From Chthoniobacter sp. (GTDB lineage: Bacteria > Verrucomicrobiota > Verrucomicrobiia > Chthoniobacterales > Chthoniobacteraceae): 64,000 nt of DNA. The stretch is from contig JBBCHV010000028.1 of the NCBI GenBank assembly GCA_037200205.1, positions 75,856 to 139,855 of the forward strand, given 5' to 3'. Under the pieces are notes generated by a model, which did no database searches, was not told where the DNA came from, and worked only from the letters and a program-made list of their open reading frames with translations. Of this stretch, positions 23,883-34,460 are shown piece after piece. The translations under genes were made by a program, and so were the position numbers. The first letter of the stretch is position 1. Every line of letters starts with the position of its first letter.

Positions 23883-24362
23883 TCAATCTTCCGGTCCGTA
23901 GATCTCTTCGCTGTCGAAACCGACCTTCGCAAAACTTGGCGAGCGCACCATCCATTTCTTCTCATCGGGAAGATAGGCCGTGTCGCTGATCGGATTGTCG
24001 GCGATCACGTAAACAATCAGGTCACGATCGCTGTCGTTGATGATTTGGTGCGGTTCATTCGGTTTGAAGAGGAACGCGTCTCCCGCCTCCACCGGCGTCA
24101 GCCCATCCTGATCCCGGACTTTCCCCCGCCCTTCGATCACGTGATAGAACTCCCACTGCGCGCTGTGGGCATGGAAAAGCGTGTTCGTCTTTCCCGGCGG
24201 GATGCGGGAGATCTCCACATCGAAGGGATGGCGCTTCATGAGATCGAAAGAAGCGGGCTCGCGGCCCAATGCCTCCGACACATCCTTGCCGATCGCTCCA
24301 TATTTTCCCTGCGGAGAGAAAGACTCGGACTCGGCCATTCGGTGAGTGTTGATCTTGTGCAT
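23883..24362 (-). CDS. Cupin domain protein
   Basis: HAHSAQWEFYHVIEG and PNEPHQIIN cupin motifs. Confidence 0.85.
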   Translation of the reverse strand: MHKINTHRMAESESFSPQGKYGAIGKDVSEALGREPASFDLMKRHPFDVEISRIPPGKTNTLFHAHSAQWEFYHVIEGRGKVRDQDGLTPVEAGDAFLFKPNEPHQIINDSDRDLIVYVIADNPISDTAYLPDEKKWMVRSPSFAKVGFDSEEIYGPED

Positions 24363-24566
24363 GCTGTATCTTCGCAAATGCGGAATCTTTTCCAATGTCG
24401 CAATGCTGGTCGGCGGCGTCCGGTCCTCGCGGCGACGGAAGAAGGGATTGGGGCGTTCCGGGTTCAATGAACCCGGCTACAACTACCACACCACCCCACA
24501 GAAAACGGCCTCGAACACCGTGAAGCGTCCGAGGCCGTGGTTAAAACGGAATTCGAAGGAAGCGGT

Positions 24567-24953
24567 TTACGCCGCCTTCTTCGCGGTCTTGTGCTTGTCG
24601 TCGAGCGCGGCCTTGGCCTTCTCGAAGATGGCCTTGAAGGCGGCTTCATCGGTCACGGCGAGATCGGCGAGGATCTTGCGATCGAGCTCGATGCCGGCGG
24701 CCTTGATGCCTTCCATGAAACGGCTGTAGGTGAGGCCGAGCGCGCGGGCGGCGGCATTGATGCGCTGCTGCCAGAGCATGCGGAAGTTGCGCTTGCGCGT
24801 CTTGCGATGGACGGTTGCCCAGTGCTGGGACTTGTACATGGCGTCCTTCGCATAGCGAAAGAGCTTGGAGCGACGTCCGCGATATCCGCGGGCTTTGTCG
24901 ACGACTTTCTTGCGGCGCTCCCGGCTGGCGGGAGCATTGGTGGCGCGTGCCAT
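24567..24953 (-). CDS. rplT: 50S ribosomal protein L20
   Basis: [34 protein letters not shown]. Confidence 0.97.
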   Translation of the reverse strand: MARATNAPASRERRKKVVDKARGYRGRRSKLFRYAKDAMYKSQHWATVHRKTRKRNFRMLWQQRINAAARALGLTYSRFMEGIKAAGIELDRKILADLAVTDEAAFKAIFEKAKAALDDKHKTAKKAA

Positions 24954-25106
24954 AGTTGGTTAAAAACCCGGGTTTACCGGGCCTCCTGTTTCTTTCAGCG
25001 AATCGTTCTTTAGTGGATGATCCCGCCGACCTCATTCGCTGAGGGCCCCGCGAGGCGGAGCAGGTGGCCGGATCGATTTATTTTGGGCCTTGCGGTTGGC
25101 TCCCAC

Positions 25107-25179
25107 TCTTAATCTTAATCCTAATCTTAATCCCCTGCGTCGAAGAGATTAAGATTAGGATTAAGGATTAAGATTAAGA
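25107..25179. repeat. Inverted hexamer array (CTTAAT)n...(GATTAA)n forming a hairpin
   Basis: Read directly; lies between rpmI and rplT. Confidence 0.85.
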
Positions 25180-25187
25180 ACCAAAAG

Positions 25188-25397
25188 TTACGCGAAGGGC
25201 AGGCACTCTTTGATGCGGTCGACCATGGTCTCGTGGACCTGGCCGTCCTTGCCGAGCTTGCGCTTCCGCTTCGAGCTTTTGCTCGAGGCGAGATGGCGAA
25301 GGCCTGGCTTGCGGCGCATGAGCTTGCCCGTCCCGGTCACTTTGAAACGCTTGGCTGCGGATTTTTTCGTCTTGCGACGTGCGACTGATCTTGGCAT
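25188..25397 (-). CDS. rpmI: 50S ribosomal protein L35
   Basis: KTKKSAAKRFKVTGTGK, RHL, KRKRKL, LPF. Confidence 0.96.
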   Translation of the reverse strand: MPRSVARRKTKKSAAKRFKVTGTGKLMRRKPGLRHLASSKSSKRKRKLGKDGQVHETMVDRIKECLPFA

Positions 25398-25474
25398 AGG
25401 GGCGGGCAAAGTAGCGGGCGAACTCAAAACGGCAAGCTCTTTTATTGAGCGACGGCAAAAAGCCGCTCCCCGGC

Positions 25475-27123
25475 TCAATCCCGCGGCAGCGAAAGCAGCC
25501 GCGATTCGATCTCGTCGAGCGCCTTGGCGCGTTCGCGGTTCCATTGGTTCTGCGACTTGAGCTGCAGCAGCGTCTTGCGGGCCTTGGTATAAGTCGCGCG
25601 GGCTTCCGCCGTGGAGGAGTTTTGCATCTGGAGCAGGCCCAGCTTGCGTCGCAGCGCCACGAGTTGATCGCGAGCGTTGGGGTTGGCCCCTTTCCGCGAC
25701 GCGTATTCCTCCGCGCTTTCGAGCGCGGTATGGTAAAGATCGAGCGCATCTTCGGTGCGCTTTTCCGCCATCGTCTCGTCGCCCCGCCGCTCAAGGGTGC
25801 GGACTTCGTCGAGCAACACCGCGTCGGATTCGGCGCTGGTGGCCGCGCTCGCCGCAGCCGTCAATGGAGCGCTGGAGGCGGGCGCGATGACCGACACCGC
25901 TCCCGATACGGACGTGCCGGGCGGCGGAGCCTGCGAATCGGTCGCCGCGGTTTTCGGCGTGGCCCAGACGGAAGGCGGCACGACTTGCGGCACATTCGGC
26001 ACTGCCGCGGGTGCGGGCGGCGCGACCTTGGCCGCCGGCGCGGACTCTGCAGCCGGCAACGTATTCTGGGCGACTACCGGGGTCGGGGTCGCCTCCGAGG
26101 CCAGCGGCGCCGGCTCCGCTGCGGCGGACGCCTCCTCCGCCGGCGCGTCTCTCCACGAACGCCCCGCCATCGCCCCCGTCACGGGACTTACCTCCAGCGT
26201 GGACACTTGTTCGTCCGCGGTGATCTCCTGAAAGCTGCGCACCCCGAAAACGATCGCGACGAGAATCAGTATCATCGCCGTGAAGATGGTGTATTTCGAG
26301 CCCTTCCGCGCAACGGCGGCCGGCGGGGGGGTGGCCACGGCGGTCGTCACGACGGGAGGCCTTTCCACTTTGGCAGGCTCGGCGGGAGGCTCGGCAAGGG
26401 AACGAGTTCGACGCTCTGCGCGCATCCTCCGAGCCGCTCCAATTCCGCCACATCCACATCGATGAGCGCGGCGAGCAGGCTGTCGCGGACTTGCTTGAGG
26501 CTGCGGTAGCCGCGCCGGGCATCGATGATCCGCGGCTCGGCACGATCCGCGGCGCGAAAGCCATTCTCCTCCAGCCGCCAGCGCAGCCACGAGGGCAGCC
26601 AATCGCACTGTGCGGCCCGGCGGTATTCGCCAAGCCGGCGTCTGGCGGTCCATCCGCCACCAGCGCGAGGATGCGCTCTTCGCCACCCGTTTTCTTAAAG
26701 GCACGGATCTGGTCGTCCACCGCTTCGCAGCGGGCCGATTGGGGCGAACAGATGACGATGAGGCAACTGCTGTCCGCCAGGGCGTGTGGGAGACGATCCT
26801 CGTAGGCCGGGTCGCGGCGGTCGGGAAAGATGGACAGGCAATCCGGGCGCGGAATGCCCTGCGAGGTGACCCGGTCGACGAGGGAAACCGGCAGCCGGTA
26901 GCCATTGAGATTGCGATAGATCCAGTCGCACCACGCGGCGTCTTCCGGCGCGAAAGCCACCACCGCCCACGAAGAACCCCCCAGCTCCGCCGCCAACTGC
27001 TGTTCCAGATCCGGTAACGGTTCGTTAACAAAACCCTGCCGCTCGCCACCCGGGGCTCCGGTCGCCGGAAAACCCGGGGACGAGCGGAGCTCCGTGATGG
27101 TCTGAACGCCAACGCGGATGCAT
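25475..27123 (-). CDS. TIR-domain membrane protein (TIR - TM - Pro/Ala linker - TPR-like), frameshifted; start uncertain
   Basis: DAAWCDWIYRNLNGYRLP...IFPDR...ALADSSCLIVICSPQSA...FKKTGGEERILALVADG; TM YTIFTAMILILVAIVFGV. Confidence 0.7.
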
Positions 27124-27177
27124 GGCTCGAAAGACAAGCAAGGAAGGTGCCCGCGCCGCAACGGAATTTTGGGGGAT

Positions 27178-27813
27178 TTAAAGCAGGCGGAAGATTGCAC
27201 AGTAGAGGCCCGAGGAGCTGGTTTCTTCGCGCTCCACCGGCGTGCCGACAAGGCGCTGGAACATATCCGCCTCCAGCTTCGCCACCAGCGGAAATTCACG
27301 TAAAACATCGAGGATCGGCGAATGGTGTTCCACGATGCGCACCGCCCCCGTTTCGTCGGCTTCGCACTCGGCCATATGCCCATCGTGATCGCGCAGGCGG
27401 GCCAGCCATTTCGCCCGCTCCGCCGGCGTGTCCCCTTTCAGCTTCGCGAGGTACTGCTCGGTCTTCTTCTGGAAGACCACGAGCAGCAGTTTGTCCGGCG
27501 CCGTGGAGCCGAAGAGCTTGCGGGCCGCTTCCAGCGTATCGAGGGTCAGGGCATTGCTCTCCGTCGGGAAGAGATCCTGCGCGCGCTGCGTGAGCCGGTA
27601 GAGCAAGTGCGGCCGGCCGATCTTCTGCGGCTGCCGCCAGGTATCGAGCAGCCCGCGCTTTTCCAGGTCGAGGCACACACCTTTCGCCCCCATGTAACTC
27701 ATGCCGACGCGCGCCGCGAGATCGGTCACGCACAGGCCCTGGGTACGCTTGAGCTCGTTCAACACGCGCAAGCGCGCACTGCGGCCGACCTGCTGGAGGA
27801 GTCGCTGCTTCAT
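27178..27813 (-). CDS. Winged-HTH transcriptional regulator, SufR-like
   Basis: N-terminal HTH, LEKRGLL, GRPHLLYRLT, LFP; C-terminal V4R-like region. Confidence 0.75.
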   Translation of the reverse strand: MKQRLLQQVGRSARLRVLNELKRTQGLCVTDLAARVGMSYMGAKGVCLDLEKRGLLDTWRQPQKIGRPHLLYRLTQRAQDLFPTESNALTLDTLEAARKLFGSTAPDKLLLVVFQKKTEQYLAKLKGDTPAERAKWLARLRDHDGHMAECEADETGAVRIVEHHSPILDVLREFPLVAKLEADMFQRLVGTPVEREETSSSGLYCAIFRLL

Positions 27814-27860
27814 AGGGGAACAATCGTCTTAATCGCAAAGGCCGGCCGGAGACAAGCGAT

Positions 27861-28237
27861 GCCTTGATCCGGCTTGATCCGCCTTGATTGGTCCTGATCC
27901 ACCTCGACCACGGCCTTGAGCAGTCGATGCGCGCGTGGAACACATCGACCCGATCCGCAAGAGCACGGTCGGATACCCCGGCGACATTTTGAAAGGTGGG
28001 ATCGAGTGGGATTCCGGTGGGATTCAGAGTAATGCGACACTGGGATTTTCGGCCATGGAGGTAGGATCTCGGTGGGATCGTCCCGCCACCCATTCACCCC
28101 TCCCGCATCGTGGAACACCCAGGCCTCGCATCACTCCCACCGCCGATTCGGAAAAATTTCTCTTCGATTAGGTTCGAACAGGTTCGATTGGCTTCGATCC
28201 CCAGAGAGCGGCGACTTCCCCTCAGCCTCAGCCTCAG
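27861..28237. repeat. Clusters of degenerate ~10-bp tandem repeats in a long intergenic region
   Basis: GCCTTGATCC-like x5 (27861-27910), GTGGGAT-core units (27995-28080), GGTTCGATTG-like x4 (28161-28200), CCTCAG x3. Confidence 0.7.
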
Positions 28238-28474
28238 GCCATCCAATGATGATTTTGAAAGTATAATCGATACGCATCGAATCAAGTCCCGTCTATTGCA
28301 CCCAGCCCCGTTGTCCCCTCCGGCGATCGCCTTCTCCTCTCAGGGTCGCGCGTCATCATGAGGCATCGCCTCATAAAAGTCAAGCAGATCCGTATTTGTT
28401 TGCACGAGTTATCCCGATGACGCTCATTTGCGCGGACAAGAAGCGGATGGCGAGACGAGGGCGTCGGTGATTAA

Positions 28475-28578
28475 GCAGCGGACAGGAATGTCCGCACTCC
28501 GTTACAGGCTCGACGCGTAAATGCGAAAAAGCGTCGAAGGAAGATGCTGAAACGGAGCCCGGACATTCCTGTCCGCCG
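28475..28578. repeat. REP-doublet (REPIN-like) element, family C copy 1
   Basis: GCGGACAGGAATGTCCGCACTCC...GGAGCCCGGACATTCCTGTCCGC; spacer homologous to 59273-59390. Confidence 0.85.
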
Positions 28579-28690
28579 GATCAACCCCTTGACACTGTCC
28601 GACACCCTTCCACGATGTGCGTGACTCGGAATCCGAATTCCAGACGATCGATCCACTATGTTCGGAAACCCAAAGCCTCGGTATATTTCT

Positions 28691-30075
28691 GCCGCTTCGC
28701 TGTTTTAAGTGGGTGAAAGGGAGGGGAGGTGAAGTTGGAGGCGACCGGCTTTGAGCAGAGCCATGAGGCGGAAGTTGCGGAAAGAACGAAAGCCGCGAGC
28801 CATGCGTTTGGCCAGTTGGAGCAGACCGTTGATCGCCTCGATCACGCCGTTGGTGACACGGGTTTCCAGGAAAGCAACGATCCCGTCCCAATGTTCCATG
28901 ACGCTGTCGGCCAGTTTGCGAAAGGGGGCCAATCGAGATCGTCTGGCACGAGTCACCCACCAGCGTAAAGCGGCCGCATCTTCGCCCGCCAGCACATCTT
29001 GGAAGGTTTCGCGCAGCATCAGGCCCGGCCCAGTTTGGGATATTGGGTGCAGAGTTGCTGGCGGTGCGCGAGTTGTTCCTCCGAGCGCGTCCAACTGTGG
29101 CCGCGGATCGCCCAAAGTTCCCCGGCCAGTTCGGCCCCTTCACGGCGCAGTTGCTTGCGCACGTCATCGAGCGCCTTGCCCGCCATCTGCATGAGATGAA
29201 AACGATCGAAAACGATCCGGGCCTGGGGCAGATATTGCCGCACTCCTTTGCGATAGGCCGGACTCATATCCATGGCACCAACTCGATCTGCTCAGGCACG
29301 GCGCCATGAGCCCGCAGTTCGCGACAAAAGCTCCCACCGCCTCGCTCTCCCCGGCCCTCGCTCAAGAAGAGCAGTTCACGCGTCTGGGCATCCACGAAAT
29401 TGGTCACATAACGATGCCCACGCCGCGCGCTGGTCTCATCGATCAGCAACTGGCGCACTTGACTCCAACTGCGCCGTGCCTGCGCCGCTTCCACATAGTG
29501 CGCCACTAAACGCCACAGGCGCGTGTCCTCTTCGCCCAAAAGAGCGCCCGCTTCCAACACCGGCATCTGGGTGCACAGCATGGCCCAAGCTTCGAACATC
29601 AAGGTAAACCCGCTGCCAGGTCGCGCCCAGGGCACTTCCACCTGCACCACCTTGCCTCCGGGGTCTTCACCCGCGGCAGCCGGGCCACCAATTCGGTCTG
29701 GTATTGGAAAAGTTCAGATGCCGCCAGCTCTTCTCCACCGTGTCATGCACCGGGCAAAGCAACTGATGCTCCGCCCCAGGTGCGCAAAATTTGCTCCCAG
29801 CCACAAAATCCAGTTTGAGCGTCAAGCGATGGGCTTCCTGGTCCAATTGGCAGTCGCTGACTTTCCATTCCGGGGTCAGTTGCAGGGCAAGAGTGAAGAG
29901 TTCCTTCGCATCCATTTCCCCTCATTGCCTCTCAATCCCAATCCCTCGTCAATCTCTCGCTTGCTCACCCAGCGGCCTCTGTTCCCCCTAGAGGAGGGGT
30001 TCGGGGAACCGTGGTTCCCTGATCCTCCTTCAGCCGGCAACGCCGCCATCTTCCCACTCACAATAGCGAAGAGCC
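28691..30075 (-). mobile_element. ISL3-family insertion sequence; transposase 28705-29915, frameshifted
   Basis: CPVHDT..WRHLNF, VPWARPGSGFT, IDETS, DMSPAY, FDRFH, TNGVIEAIN, ARGFRS; imperfect IRs; near-identical 8-bp flanks ATATTTCT / ATATTCTT. Confidence 0.9.
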
Positions 30076-30335
30076 ATATTCTTGTCCGTCTGTTGGGACT
30101 GACTTGATCCAGTGATCGTCTCTATTCCATGATCGTCTCCATCTTCACCTCTATCGAAACCACCGCTCCGATGACGTCTCGGTCGGCGGATCATCCGTGT
30201 CGGTGACGCCATCCAAATTCTTCGCGAGTGAACGGAGGGCTCTAACCGTGCCTCGCAACGAACCGCGACGAACTATCACCCCGGCCCTCCACGTTCGCTA
30301 AGTCTGCAAATGTTATACGATTCACCGAGTTTCTC

Positions 30336-30844
30336 ATGGCTTCACAGACCTTCACGATAGTCACCCTCGGCGGCCACGCGGCTGAGGTCGTACGGAACCT
30401 ATTCTCGAAATGGGAAGCGGCGACTCGTGAGACATCGGAAGAACCAGATTCGAGCTTTCCGGAGATGGACAGCTTCTGCGATGCGCTCCGTAAGAACCGC
30501 ACACAATTGCCGATCCTTTATTACGCTGAGTGGGTTGACCGTGGCTTTTCGGACAAGACGTTTCGCCTTTATGGATTACGGGAAAACGCTTTCAAACGTG
30601 TTGTCTTTCGCGTGCGGAGGCGGCCGCATTACCTGCGTCCAGGCCTTCACAGTCTCAGGAAGAGTCCTGGTTGTTCGCTCGCCTTCTGGAGGCGACTGCT
30701 GCGGGGCAGCCTTTGGCAGAGACGGCGGTAATCCTGATTATTCGAGAGGTATTTTCAGGCTCCGTTCTCGATGCGGAGATCGTCGAGTCACTTTCGATGG
30801 TCCCCGATTGGCTTTCGCAAGATTTCGGCGGAATCGTCAACTAG
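30336..30844 (+). pseudogene. Hypothetical protein, disrupted
   Basis: ORF 30336-30731 degenerates across frames; lies inside the IS cluster. Confidence 0.3.
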
Positions 30845-31099
30845 ACCATCGCCTGGCCTTGCGATAGATCGACCCGTCCCGCGGTTGCCGAATATGGGAG
30901 CGTTGGGTTACCGTCACACACCATGAAAGTCCCCTGCACCACCTGCGGCGCGATGATTCTCCCGACGACGGCGGAGGCGACGGGTGGTGTGCATGGCTTG
31001 CCAGAAAGGAGTTCGCCAAAATCTGGAAGCGGCCAAGGCGGATCGCAAAAAGCCGAAGCCGGCTTTGCTCACCGACCAGACCGGCGATGTGACCGCGCC

Positions 31100-31640
31100 T
31101 GGGAGATGCAGGGAGAGTTTTATCGCGTCTTCGGCACCGATCTAACGGCCGTGCCCGGCCTGAGCGCTCTGACCGTGCAGACCCTGCTCAGCGAAGTGGG
31201 CCCCGACCTCAGCCGCTTCCGCAATGTCCATAGCTTCGTCAGTTGGCTGGGGCTTTGCCCCGATACCAAGATCACGGGCGGCAAAGTCATGGACAGGCGC
31301 AGCCGGCGCGGCAAACCACACCTCGCTCGCGCCCTCCGCCAGGCCAGTGTCTGCTTCCACAGTGAGCGCGGCGCCTTGGGCGCTCGCTACCGCCGCCTGC
31401 GCTCCAACCTCGGCGCGCCCAAGGCCCTCACGGCCATGGCCAATTTGCTCGCCCGGATCATCTACGCACTCGTCACCAATCGCAAAGCGTATGACGAGAC
31501 CGTTTTCGCCCCTTTGGAAGCCCACCATCTCGAACGCCAACACGCCAGGTTGGCCAAAACCGCTAAAGCCATGGGCTACTCACTACAGCCCATCCCCGCC
31601 TAACCCTCCACCCTCAAAATCATGAAGAACTTCCCGATGA
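31100..31640 (+). mobile_element. IS110-family transposase, C-terminal fragment
   Basis: GTDLTAVPGL, SEVGPDLSRF, SWLGLCP..KITGG, LGAPKALTAMA; N-terminal DEDD domain absent. Confidence 0.85.
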
Positions 31641-31661
31641 GGGTTGGGCCGCTGCTGTTAA

Positions 31662-33265
31662 CCTAAAAACGGGGATGAGAAGAACGTGCCGCTCGTTAAA
31701 TCGCGCGGAGGTCGGTGGCTGGCGATGGAGTTTTTTGGTTAAATCAACCCGAGAGGAGAAGGGCGGCGTCCGGCGGCAGCCGCCCGAGCCATTTGCCGCC
31801 GAGCCAGTGGCGAAAAACATAGGTTAGAAGGAGCGTCCAGCGCTGGTGGATAGTCCATTGCTCCGCAATGGCGGAGAAGCGATGCAAAGTGCTGCTGACC
31901 TGCGCAATGGATTGAACGAGGGCGTCCCGATTTTCGTGCTGGAGACTGACTTTGACGGTGCTCTGGCCTCCGTGTCGCGTCAACCGGGCAACGCCGCCAA
32001 GTAAGGCGGGGCGGCTGGTAATGGCTTCCCGGTGATGTTCTGCGTCGTGCAACCGGGCATAGAGGTGCCACCAGTTGTAGATCAGCGCGACCAGATTGGC
32101 CATGAACCGGCAGGGCTTGAGTTTGCGTGTGGTAAAGCCGTTCCAGCCCCATTGGTTTTTGAGTTCGTCGTAGATATTCTCCGCATCGGCTCGTTCTCGA
32201 TAGAGTCGCGCCAGGACGCGCGCCGGATAGGCGATCGGATCAAGCGTGGTGACCAGGACGGCGATCCGGCCCGACCATGGTGCGACGCCACTCGCCCATT
32301 GTTCACTGCCGGGCAGTGGGCTGGAGGCCAGATGATCACGCCGACGCCGCGCTTGAGCGCCCACCGGCGCCAACGCGGGGCCTTCGCGCACCAGCACCAC
32401 CCGCCGTGTTCGGGTCCATCCGCTCAAGCGCAGTTCGGCCGTCATGACCTCCCAGCCATCGCCGACATCTTCCCAAGCCCCGCCGCCGCGGAGCGCCTGC
32501 GTGATCAGTGTTTTGACTTTGGCCGTGTGCCGCAGCTTGAACAAACACGGCAGTCCGCGCTCCTCCGCCGCGCGCAAAAGCACTTCATTGCCGTAGCCGC
32601 AATCTCCTCGCACCATCGCCGGCCAGTGCGTGCGCGGCAGCTTGTCCAGGAGCGACCAAAGTCCCGGCAGCGCCTGCCGCCCGGCGTGCTCCTTGCCCCC
32701 ATGCACCTCCACTCCCAGGCACAGCCGTGTGTGGGCCATAAAATAGCTGTGATACGCATGACTCGGTCGTCCCGGCTTATGGGGGTTATGCCCCAGTTCC
32801 GCGCCCTGCGGCCGCCCGTAGATCGTCTTGACGGTGACATCGATGTCCAGGATCCACGGCTGACTCAAGACCGGCTCCACGCAGGCCCGCAACTCTCCAT
32901 GCAACCACTCCAAGCCGGACACCTCATCCAACCGCGACCACGCTCTGCGCACGACATCTTCGCTGACCGTCCCGCTCATCCCCAAGAGCGGTGGATTGAG
33001 GCGATCACCTCGAACCGCGTTGATATGGGCATACCGCCAGTGTCCGCACAAAACCGACAACGCCACCGTGCCCAACACGTCCACAACCTTGCTTCCCCGG
33101 TTACCTGTGTAGCGCAACGGCGACTTCTTCAGGAACTGCTCCCACCGTCCTCCCAGATGCAAAAACTGCGCGAAGAAGATAAGCTGTCCTGCCCGCGTTA
33201 CCGGCGCCTGGTCATCGAACTCTGCCCAATATCTCCCTCCGGGCGTATCCACAGGCCACGGTAAT
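31662..33265 (-). mobile_element. IS1380-like DDE transposase element, left end deleted
   Basis: VDTPGGR, GHWRYAHI, ILDIDVTVK, NPHKPGRPSH, VRGDCGYG, YRERADAENIYDELKNQWGW; CCTAAA terminus following TTAA. Confidence 0.8.
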
Positions 33266-34458
33266 TGGCGTGGGCGGATCCGCGCGCTTTTCCAGCGCCG
33301 CGACGCTGCGTCCGTGCGGCTGTCGCCCAGTGGCCGCAGAGACGCGGGGACCAGCCTGCCCGTTAGCCCCCTGCTCGATGGCCACCACTGCGGCGGCACT
33401 GTAAAACCCGCTGTCCACGAGCACCGCCTCGATGCTTTCGATCACGGCGCTGGTCGCCGCCAGTGTCGGTTCGAGTTGCTCCTTGTCAATTGGGCGCGTC
33501 GCTCACCGCCTGGCTGACCAGCAACCGACTTTCCACTTCCACCGCCGCTTGCGCGTTGTAGCTCTGCGCAAAGCCGCTCCCAGTCTTCATGATGCGGCTC
33601 TCCGGGTCCGTGAAGTTGTATTGGTCTTTGCTCCGCGGCCCCTCCTTGGGGGGTGCGGCTCGCGGCCGCGAGGCTTCTGCCCCACTGCTTTCTGCTCCTC
33701 ACGCCGCTTTTGTTTCTCCCCAAAGGCCGCCAGTTCCTCCCGCTGTCGCTCCTGGGCTCGGGCTTGGATCTGCGCCGTCGCCTGCCGCAGCTTTTCCAGC
33801 CGATCCTCCCACCGCGCCACTTCCTGGGGTACCGTCAGTCCATCTTCGAGCGGAGTGCTGTCGGCGGTGTCCGCTTTCTGTAAAAGCTCCGCGATTTGCT
33901 CTGCGAGGAGTTGCATTTGCCCCACGGCGTGGCCGTGGCTCACCGCGCTGTGTTTGCTGGCGTTGGCCAAAATCTTGGTTCCGTCCACCGCCAGGGTGAC
34001 ATCCCCCACCCGCAGCACCCGCAGTTGGGCCGCCACTTCCAGGACCTGATGAAAACTGCTGGCCAGCAACTCGCGATTCTCCCGCCGAAAGGTGCAGATG
34101 CTGTCATGGTCGGGATGATGGTCCGCACAGAGCAGGCGCACCGCCACTGGCCCATGCGTGTTCTGCTCGATCTGGCGGCTGCGGAAGGTCCCGGTGAGGT
34201 AGCTATAGATGAGCAGGCCCAACATCATCGAAGGTGGATACTGCTCGCTGCCGCTCCCGCGCTCGTTGCCCCGCGCCTGGCTCAAATCCAGCAGCCTCAC
34301 CGCGTCCATGATGAAATGCACCAGATGACCTTCCGGCACCCAATCCCGTAAATCCGGCGGCAACAATAGCGGGGTGTCGTGATCGATATTGACGAAGCGA
34401 GCCGGCATACTCTCTCAACCCTCCTTCCGCCCCAATCTTTGAAAGCCCGACAGGCTGC
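33266..34458 (-). mobile_element. IS1182-family element copy 1, 3'-truncated and frameshifted
   Basis: LLPPDLRDW, YPPSMMLGLLIYSY, PDHDSICTFR, AVDGTKILANASKH, DSGFYS; left IR GCAGCCTGTCGG. Confidence 0.88.
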
Positions 34459-34460
34459 TA

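Noticed and set aside
27861-28240. Possible CRISPR array
   Set aside because: Units are ~10 bp, degenerate and lack unique spacers; no cas genes in the window
30923-31603. Genuine zinc-ribbon-IS110 fusion protein or active bridge recombinase
   Set aside because: The DEDD domain is missing, and in-frame continuity depends on an apparent indel near 30990; this looks like debris
31744-33399. 551-aa intact transposase
   Set aside because: The first ~45 aa are out-of-frame IS1182 sequence across a deletion junction
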